Made by a program: the position numbers and the translations under genes. Under the pieces are notes generated by a model. It was given only the letters and a program-made list of their open reading frames with translations. It did not search any database and had not been told where the DNA came from. From an uncultured cyanobacterium (GTDB lineage: Bacteria > Cyanobacteriota > Cyanobacteriia > Cyanobacteriales > CAWUOF01), in the NCBI GenBank assembly GCA_963744145.1, contig CAVUSO010000001.1, positions 4,960,001 to 5,024,000 on the forward strand: a stretch of 64,000 bases of DNA, in the 5' to 3' direction. This document shows positions 32,011 through 40,200 of the stretch, piece after piece; position 1 is the first letter of the stretch; every line of letters starts with the position of its first letter.

Positions 32011-33294
32011 TCATTCCCTGCCCTGAGTCTTGCCCTGAGCATTGCCCTGAGCAGAGTCGAAGGGGGAGTCGAAGGGTTGCGCTTGACGTAAGTCGAAATG
32101 AGCAGTTTCCTCAGTCATTCCACTGGAATGTTTCCGCAAGAGTTCAGCAATACGACGCCCCTCTAAACGATCAACACCAAGAAAATCTACAAAGCGCCCT
32201 TCTGTAATGAGACCCTGATCTAATGCTTCAATCGCAAGATGTTGGTAGTGAATTGGAACCATATCAGTGCGTTGGGGAATTTCTTCTAAGCCAAGTTCCT
32301 GCTGGATTTTTCGTACTTTTAATCCCCGATCGCGCAACCGTTCATAAGTGACCGATGGAAGAAGTTTCATTGTTTCTAAGCGGTTGACAAATGCTTGTAT
32401 TGATACACCGTAGTAATGCGCCAAAGTAAATAAGTTAGTTGGAGTGAATTTGCCATGATCATGGTACATATCATTGAACCGCTTAAGCAAGCCACTTGTT
32501 GGCATTAGAAAATAGTCTGGAAAGATGTCAGCTAGTCGTTCGCTTTCTGGTTTCCTTCGGTACTGTTCTTCATAATCAATTGTTGGCTTGTGTCGATGGG
32601 TAAGAAAATGAAGGTATTCATGAGCCAGCGACCAACGCCGTCTTTCTTCAGGATGATCAGCATTAATTACTATACAACCACCAATTTGGTCATTGTAACT
32701 ATATAGTCCTGAGTATTTATTTGGCATCTGTAGATAAAAAATGCGGAGTCCCACACTTTGCTCTAAAATATCTCGCAATAGAGGAATAGGACCATCACCA
32801 AGTCCAAGACGCTGACGTTCGGCGATCGCAATACTTTCTGCTGCCGCCTCGATCGGCATCCCAGTCACCTCATACTCTTGAGGATAATTTTGTGGTAGCG
32901 GTGCTTCCATGATTTCCTCAAGTTCTAAATAATGTTGACATAACTCTTCCAATCCCAGAATGACTGGCTTAATTTGTGCCTCTTCTTCCTCACTACGTTG
33001 ATATGCAGCCCGGAACTGTACCTCAAAAGGCTTGCCCTGAGCGTAGTCGAAGGGCTGCATCACAGGGCGCGATCGCACAAAATCACTGACCGAGCGTCCA
33101 TAGGCACGGACAAGCTTAATAAGTTCGGTTGCTTTAATGCGGCGCTCTCCTTTTTCGATCGCAACCATACTAGTATGTGCAACATCAATGACCTTAGCTG
33201 CATCGGCTTGAGTCATACCGCACTTCTTACGTTCCTGTTCAAGGAGTTCTCCTAACTGTTGTAGATCAATATTTTCAAGAATATTAGTAGCCAT
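32011..33294 (-). CDS. XRE-HTH fused to an ImmA/IrrE-family Zn metallopeptidase
   Basis: N-terminal HTH (MTQADAAKVI..IEKGER), RRRWSLAHEYLH (HExxH) and ERLADIF..FLMP. Confidence 0.9.
   Translation of the reverse strand: MATNILENIDLQQLGELLEQERKKCGMTQADAAKVIDVAHTSMVAIEKGERRIKATELIKLVRAYGRSVSDFVRSRPVMQPFDYAQGKPFEVQFRAAYQRSEEEEAQIKPVILGLEELCQHYLELEEIMEAPLPQNYPQEYEVTGMPIEAAAESIAIAERQRLGLGDGPIPLLRDILEQSVGLRIFYLQMPNKYSGLYSYNDQIGGCIVINADHPEERRRWSLAHEYLHFLTHRHKPTIDYEEQYRRKPESERLADIFPDYFLMPTSGLLKRFNDMYHDHGKFTPTNLFTLAHYYGVSIQAFVNRLETMKLLPSVTYERLRDRGLKVRKIQQELGLEEIPQRTDMVPIHYQHLAIEALDQGLITEGRFVDFLGVDRLEGRRIAELLRKHSSGMTEETAHFDLRQAQPFDSPFDSAQGNAQGKTQGRE
32020..32076 (-). repeat. Nested short dispersed repeats at the 3' end of the peptidase gene
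   Basis: CCCTTCGACTC[CCCCTTCGACTCTGCTCAGGGCAAT]GCTCAGGGCAAG. Confidence 0.7.
33031..33054 (-). repeat. 24-nt short dispersed repeat inserted in frame (PFDYAQGK)
   Basis: CCCTTCGACTACGCTCAGGGCAAG; related copies near 32020-32076, 34006-34028 and 51909-51932. Confidence 0.75.
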
Positions 33295-33500
33295 AGTGTT
33301 TTACCTCAAGTTTGTGTTAGCAGCAACCAAACAGCCGGATATCTGCTAGTCTAGCGACAATCTGAAATTCCACAGCACCCTATTCAGAAAAAGAGTGGAT
33401 GAGGTGTAGACTTTGAACAAAAATGTTTCGCGCAGTCCCCACCTAAAATCTTTGATTTAGGTGGGGTTAGCGAAACCAACTAACAAAGCGAAGCAACGAT

Positions 33501-33926
33501 TTAATTAGGTTTTTCCTGATTTTGTACATATTCTATAAGTTTACTCAGAGGAGCTGGCGCTCCCACACTAATAATAGCGTAACTCCCAGACCAAAACTGT
33601 GGTTTATCTCCCCAATAAAATTTAGATAAGTGTTCAGAGAATTCTAACCGTAACTTGCGAGAAGTCACAGTTTTTATGTTATTAACCAACTTTGACAAGT
33701 CAACACTGGGATGAGTTTCAATCAATAAATGTACATGATCTGATTCACCCCCAAATTCTACTAACTCACAATCCCATTTAACCAATAGTTCGTTCATGAT
33801 TGACCGCATTCTGTCTAATATTTCGGCAGTTAGGGACTGTTTACGAAACTTAGTTACTAATACAAGATGATAAATCAGCCGAAAAGCACTATTTGAGCGG
33901 GTTTTGAGCCTAGTAGTTTCTATCAT
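33501..33926 (-). CDS. tnpA: IS200-type HUH Y1 transposase
   Basis: YHLVLVTKFRK, DHVHLL (HUH), FWSGSY and IEYVQNQ (catalytic Tyr). Confidence 0.93.
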   Translation of the reverse strand: MIETTRLKTRSNSAFRLIYHLVLVTKFRKQSLTAEILDRMRSIMNELLVKWDCELVEFGGESDHVHLLIETHPSVDLSKLVNNIKTVTSRKLRLEFSEHLSKFYWGDKPQFWSGSYAIISVGAPAPLSKLIEYVQNQEKPN

Positions 33927-34039
33927 AACTAATTCTATATCTGTATTGACATCTGAATTGTAGATTGTTAGAATAATATCAGTCAATGTCGATGTTTCGG
34001 CTACTGTTTCGACTACGCTCAACACAAGGGCTAAATTTC

Positions 34040-35437
34040 ATGAGTAAACGCAAAGCTAAAAAGAAAGGGAATCCACTAACTATAGTTAGAACTGATGTTT
34101 GGGATCTAGTTGCAAGTCCTGAACAAAAACATCAGATGGTTTTAACTGTGGCAGAATACCGTAAATTCCTTAAACCTTTAGTTTTGCTAATAAATGCTCA
34201 ATGGTTAAACCTCATTGACTTAAATGCTAAGGATAAGGTTAATGTGGTTGAGAAAATGTTTCATCAAACCGCAGATAATCCTAATCCCAAGCATCAATAC
34301 TTTCAAAATGTCATTGCTAAATACCCATCTTTTCGGAAATTTCCCAGCTATTTAAGACGTGCAGCTATAGCAGATGCTCTAGGCATTGTGTCTAGTTTTT
34401 ATACTAGATACCGAGAATGGCAATCGGGAATTAGGAAACACCGACAAGCGAAACCGCCAAGATTAACGGCAATGTGTAATACCTATCCAGCCTTATACAA
34501 AGGTGGACAAATCCGCTATGGTGCTAAGTATTCCACAGTTGACTTAAAAGTTTGGAATGGAAAAGATTGGGTATGGATTGAATCAATTCCGGTGAAAAAA
34601 CATGGTTTAAATCGCCATTTAGTAGAAGGCAACGAATTAAAATCGCCCACGTTGGTAATTAATCAAAAGACTTGCCAGCTTTCGATGCCAGTTCAGGTTC
34701 AGAAAGTTGCCAAACAAGAATCTGACTTTGTGTGCAGTGTTGATATGGGCATTAACAATGCTGCTACAGCATCTATTGTTGGTAAAGATGGTACTGTAAA
34801 AGCTAGGAGATTTATTAATCCAGCTAGAGACATAGACCGTCGCAACCAACGTAGAATGATGATTACTAAGAAGTCTAAGCAGACTCGTAGTATTACAAAG
34901 TCAGATTTAGCAAAAGGTTTCTGCAAAGGACTTTACCGCAAATCAGCTAACATTAATTTAGAAATATCCCGTCAGGTAATGCGTGGCATTATTAAGTTTG
35001 CCCAAGCTAATAATGTCAAGATAATCGTATTTGAGAACTTGGCGGGATGGAAAGCTAAAGCTGGCCGAAAAGGTTCCTTACAGAAACAAAAATTCCATCT
35101 TTGGTGTCACCGAAAAGTAGTGGATTTGACTCAGCAAAGATGGGAAGAATTAGGTGGAAAAGTTGTATTTATCAACCCCAAATATACCAGTGCTTACGCT
35201 TTTGATGGGAGTGGGAAAGTAAAAAGAAGTCAGGATAATTATTCCCTTTGTCGCTTCACTACTGGTAAAAAATATCATGCGGATCTGAATGCTAGCTACA
35301 ATATTGGTGCTAGGTATTGGTATGCGTTAATTGTGGGTGATAAACATTTTGACCGAGTGTTCATTGGCAAAAGTTCCAAGAACACACTGAGGACGCCAGT
35401 AACTCTGGAAACGTTGAGAAATCTAGAGGTTTCTTAG
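34040..35437 (+). CDS. tnpB: TnpB RNA-guided nuclease
   Basis: RuvC motifs SVDMGIN, IVFENL and HADLNASYNI. Confidence 0.9.
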   Translation: MSKRKAKKKGNPLTIVRTDVWDLVASPEQKHQMVLTVAEYRKFLKPLVLLINAQWLNLIDLNAKDKVNVVEKMFHQTADNPNPKHQYFQNVIAKYPSFRKFPSYLRRAAIADALGIVSSFYTRYREWQSGIRKHRQAKPPRLTAMCNTYPALYKGGQIRYGAKYSTVDLKVWNGKDWVWIESIPVKKHGLNRHLVEGNELKSPTLVINQKTCQLSMPVQVQKVAKQESDFVCSVDMGINNAATASIVGKDGTVKARRFINPARDIDRRNQRRMMITKKSKQTRSITKSDLAKGFCKGLYRKSANINLEISRQVMRGIIKFAQANNVKIIVFENLAGWKAKAGRKGSLQKQKFHLWCHRKVVDLTQQRWEELGGKVVFINPKYTSAYAFDGSGKVKRSQDNYSLCRFTTGKKYHADLNASYNIGARYWYALIVGDKHFDRVFIGKSSKNTLRTPVTLETLRNLEVS

Positions 35438-35550
35438 CGCAAGAATCCCCACCTAAAATCTTTGATTTAGGTGGGGTGCGTTCAAATAGTATAATCAGAC
35501 TGATTTTGGTAACAAAAAACTATTTTAACCTTTTTCTAAAAACCATAAAA

Positions 35551-36012
35551 ATGACTAACCAAGATTCCCTCCCTCATTATTTAAAAGTAAGTGACATTGA
35601 AGCAATGTCAGAAACCGTAAAAGTTCATCCTCTTAATTCTGTAGCAGTGCGTCATACTAAATCTCTCAGTGATGCGGTGGGGATGACTAAGCTAGGAGTT
35701 CATTTAGTTCGGGTTGAACCGGGAAAAGAAACAACTCAATTTCACTTTCATCATCAAGAAGAAGAATTTATTTATATTATTTCTGGTCGGGGAATTGCAG
35801 AAATTGGTGAAGAACAGTTTGAAGTTCAAGCAGGAGATTTTCTGGGGTTTACTGCTCCTTCCTTACCTCATGCTTTGAAAAATCCGTTTCCCGAAGATTT
35901 GGTTTATTTGATGGGGGGAGAACGATCCAATTTTGATGTCTGTGATTATCCGCGACTGAAAAAACGTTTGTTTCGGTTTAATGGCGATCGCCAGTTAATA
36001 GATTTGGAGTAA
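35551..36012 (+). CDS. Cupin-domain protein
   Basis: FHFHHQEEEFIYIISGRG..AGDF..H cupin motifs. Confidence 0.88.
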   Translation: MTNQDSLPHYLKVSDIEAMSETVKVHPLNSVAVRHTKSLSDAVGMTKLGVHLVRVEPGKETTQFHFHHQEEEFIYIISGRGIAEIGEEQFEVQAGDFLGFTAPSLPHALKNPFPEDLVYLMGGERSNFDVCDYPRLKKRLFRFNGDRQLIDLE

Positions 36013-36054
36013 TAAAAACCATGCCTAAACTAAAAACTTAGAAAAGTAAATATA
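35976..36054 (+). repeat. 79-bp direct repeat copy 1 (cupin 3' end plus downstream DNA)
   Basis: 74/79 identical to 36812-36890; contains a HIP1 site. Confidence 0.9.
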
Positions 36055-36108
36055 CCGCCTAGTTTCATGATGGGGATGGCAATTTACAGACTAGCCGCAA
36101 ATGACTAA

Positions 36109-36744
36109 TTATACTTGTTCTTTTACCCAATTACGAAAATTTCTGATCATTTGTACTTCACCAATTTGATTACTTTGTTCTAAAAATTGAGGAATTTCAT
36201 CGGCTAAAGGTAGATTGGCAAAAGTTGGACTGTAATGCAAAGGAATATATTTACCTGCTTGAAGTTGATATATGTGTAATTCTCCCCTTATATATTGCCA
36301 CAATTCTGGAACTTCTAACGAAAGATAAATTGACATTTTATTTAAAGAAGAATTGCTAAAATCCATCTCTAACATTAAATCTGGTGGTGGATCTTGATTC
36401 AAATCTATTTGCTTGCTATGTCTTACCAACTGCTCATTTTGAATATAAAAACCCGAATCAGGTTCTAGTCCCTTAGCTATTTCATTACGTTTGCAAGTCA
36501 TCGAACCAATACTTTTCAGATTGAGATTTAATTCTTCTACTAAACAATCAATCATTTTTTCAATTAGACGTTTGTAATGTTCATGGGGCAATAAAGGGGT
36601 CATAATTTCCAATGTACCGTCATCATAAGCTAATCTCGTGGAGCGATTTTCGCCCAACTCTGTTAACATATATTGAAATAATTGCCAGCTTACATTATAA
36701 AGTAAAACTCGCTGTTCGCCTATAATTGATGTTGTGATTACCAT
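36109..36744 (-). CDS. Uma2-family (DUF820) putative endonuclease
   Basis: RLAYDDGTLEIMTP..HE, EPDSGFYIQN, PPDLMLEMD and VPELW. Confidence 0.9.
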   Translation of the reverse strand: MVITTSIIGEQRVLLYNVSWQLFQYMLTELGENRSTRLAYDDGTLEIMTPLLPHEHYKRLIEKMIDCLVEELNLNLKSIGSMTCKRNEIAKGLEPDSGFYIQNEQLVRHSKQIDLNQDPPPDLMLEMDFSNSSLNKMSIYLSLEVPELWQYIRGELHIYQLQAGKYIPLHYSPTFANLPLADEIPQFLEQSNQIGEVQMIRNFRNWVKEQV

Positions 36745-36811
36745 TGCTGATCTTTCCTTAGTTTAAATTCGATCAATATTGATTACTAATTATCAGTACC
36801 TAATATACCAT

Positions 36812-36890
36812 GTTTAATGGCGATCGCCAGTTAGTAGATTTGGAGCCATAAAAAACATTCCTAAACTAAAAACTTAGAAAAGTAAATATA
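36812..36890 (+). repeat. 79-bp direct repeat copy 2
   Basis: Matches 35976-36054. Confidence 0.9.
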
Positions 36891-37214
36891 TTCTTCCATC
36901 CTGATCAGTTAAGAATTAAGCAGGGATTCCCCAGTTTTTTATTGTTCCTGGTCGAAAATATTATCTTCTTTCTTAACTAACCTACGGTATCTTAATTGAG
37001 CATTTATACTTGGTTGCTTGGTTATTTATTAACTTTTATTAACTGGCTCGATCTATCGGGCAGTTGATGGTACATAATTTAAGCTTTAAAATCCTTTTTA
37101 AATCATGGGAATGTTAGGATTGAATGAGAAATAAATAGAGGGTTCTCTGAGCTAAATCACTTATGATCCCAGAGATTGCCACTAATTTAATTAGTTTTTT
37201 GAAATAATAAAGAT

Positions 37215-40200
37215 ATGATTAAAATTAATACTTTGTTAGGTTATCAGATTACAGAGCAAATCTATGCAGGTACTCGCACAATCGTATATCGTGGTGTGAG
37301 GGAAAGTGTGGGCACAGATCCTCAGTGTAAGAATCCGCAACCAGTCATAATTAAATTATTACAAAATGATTACCCAACTTTTAGTGAATTGTTACAGTTC
37401 CGTAATCAATATACCATTACCAAAAATCTTAACTCCCCTCTAATTATTCAAACTTATAGTCTGGAACCGTACCAAAATAGCTATGGGTTAGTCATGGAAG
37501 ACTTTGGGGGTATTTCCCTGCACCAATGGGCTGTGACTGGGGAAAAATCACTATCATTGAGAGAATTTTTAGAACTAGCGATCGCGCTCTGTGACAGTTT
37601 AGCTCTCCTCGATCGTGAGCGAATTATCCATAAAGATATTAAACCGAGCAATATTTTAATTAATCCAGAAACCAACCAAGTTAAATTAATTGATTTTAGC
37701 ATTGCTTCCCTCTTACCAAGAGAACCGCAAACTTTAATTAGTCCAAATGGATTAGAAGGAACACTGGCTTATATTTCTCCAGAACAAACTGGACGAATGA
37801 ATCGAGGGATTGATTACCGAACTGATTTATATTCTCTCGGTGTAACTTTCTATGAATTACTGACTAAGGAATTACCATTTCAAACAAATGATCCGATGGA
37901 ATTAGTCTACTGTCATATGGCCAAAACAGCGCCTCAAGTCCATGAAATTAAGCCAGAAATTCCTGCAATAATTAGTGAGATTGTCAGAAAATTAATGGCA
38001 AAAAATGCGGAAGACAGATATCAAAGTGCCCTCGGATTAAAATTTGATTTAGAAACTTGTTTAGGGCAACTCCAAGAGCATGGGGAAATCAAGAGTTTTC
38101 CAATTGCTCAAAGAGATGTGAGCGATCGCTTTATGATCCCCGACCAACTTTATGGGAGAGAAACGGAAGTAGAAACCCTCCTACAAGCATTTGAAAGAGT
38201 CAGCACAGGTAACACAGAAATGATGCTAGTGGCAGGATTTTCTGGGATTGGCAAAACCGCAGTGATCAATGAAGTGCATAAGCCAATTGTGCGACAACGT
38301 GGTTATTTCATTAAAGGTAAATACGACCAGTTTCAGCGGAATATCCCCTTCAGTGCATTTGTGCAAGCATTCCGTGACTTAATCGGACAATTATACTCAG
38401 AATCAGAGGCACAATTACAAACATGGCAAAGCCAAATTCTAACCGCAGTGGGAGAGAATGGACAAGTCTTGATTGAGGTAATTCCTGAGTTAGAAAATAT
38501 TATCGGTAAACAACCCCCATTACCAGAATTATCTGGAAATGCCGCCCAAAATCGCTTCAATCTGCTCATGCAAAAATTTGTCCAAGTTTTCACCAGTAAA
38601 AAACATCCATTAGTGATATTTTTAGATGACTTGCAATGGGCAGATTCAGCTTCCTTAAATTTGCTGCAATTATTGATGCAAGACACCGGACATCTATTAA
38701 TATTAGGTGCGTATCGAGATAATGAAGTTTTTCCCGCACATCCATTGCTCTTGACCGTGGATAAAATTGTCAAAGCTGGAGCGATCGTCAATAAAATTAC
38801 TTTACTACCGTTGAGTAAACTAGATACCAAACGGTTAGTGACAGATACATTGAATTGTGACTCATCTCTGGCTAAACCTTTAACAAAATTGATTTATCAA
38901 AAAACCCAAGGGAACCCATTTTTTATCACCCAGTTTCTCAAAGCATTATATGATGACCAGATCATTACCTTTGATTGGGAGACTCAACATTGGCAATGTG
39001 ATATTGCCCAGGTCAAAATCTTAGCAATTACGAATGATGTAGTAGAGTTTATGACTCTACAATTGCAGAAATTGCCGACCCAGACTCAAGACATCCTAAA
39101 ACTAGCAGCTTGTATTGGAACACAGTTTGATTTGAATACGCTGATAATTGTCAGTGAGAAATCTGCGGGAATGACGGCTACAATTTTATGGAAAGCATTA
39201 CAGGAAGAATTCATTATCCCCATCACTAAAATCTATAAGTTATTTACCCAATCAGCTGATCAAGAAGTTTTCCAGGTCTCAGTTAATCCGACTTATCGAT
39301 TTTTGCACGATCGGGTTCAACAAGCTGCATATTCACTGATTCCAGACGAGCAAAAACAATCTACACACTTAAAAATTGGTCAACTGTTGCTCAAAAATAC
39401 TTCAGTAGAAGAACGGGAAGAGCATATATTTACCATTGTCAACCAATTGAATAGTGGCAAAGACTTAATTACTCAAACAGCAGAGAGAGACCAACTGGTG
39501 CAATTGAATTTGATCGCGGCTCAAAAGGCTAAAATATCAACCGCTTATGGTGCAGCGACTGAATATTTAGAAATCTGCATTCACTTCTTACCAGAAGATA
39601 GTTGGAAATCTCAGACTGACTTAACTCGAACCATCTATGAGTTAGCCGCAGAAGTTGCTTATTTGAGTACAAATTATCAGCAGATGGAGCAACTGGTCGA
39701 GTTAATTTTATCTCATACAGATAACTTAATCGATAAGATTCGGGTTTATGAAATCAAGATGCTGGGTGTGAAAGCTCAAGCACAATTACGAGAATCGCTC
39801 CAGATTGGATTACAAATACTCCAGTTCTTAGGGATAGAATTTCCCGCACAGCCAACACCTGATGATATTGGAGAAGCATTGGAACGAACTTTACTAACTT
39901 GGAAAAACCGTTCTATTCTTAGTTTGTTAAATCTACCAGTGATGACTGATCCGATAAAACTAGCAGCGATGCGAATCTTAACCCAAATGATTGCTCCGGC
40001 TTATCAATCGTTTCCCATCCTCATGCCATTGCTAATCTTTAAGCAAATTGAGTTATCAATTTCCTCTGGTAATTGTGAAATTTCAGCATTTTCCTATGCT
40101 GATTATGGGTTGGTGCTTTGCGGAATTGTTGGTGATTTGGCAGCGGGCTATCAGTTTGGACAACTAGCATTAACTGTGCTTGATCGGTTCCAAGTAAAAG

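Larger units (their letters stand above)
33418..35485 (+). mobile_element. IS200/IS605-family element with divergent tnpA and tnpB
   Basis: Identical subterminal hairpins CCCCACCTAAAATCTTTGATTTAGGTGGGG at 33437-33466 and 35447-35476. The right end is TCAA; the left end is inferred to start after TTGAA. Confidence 0.88.
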
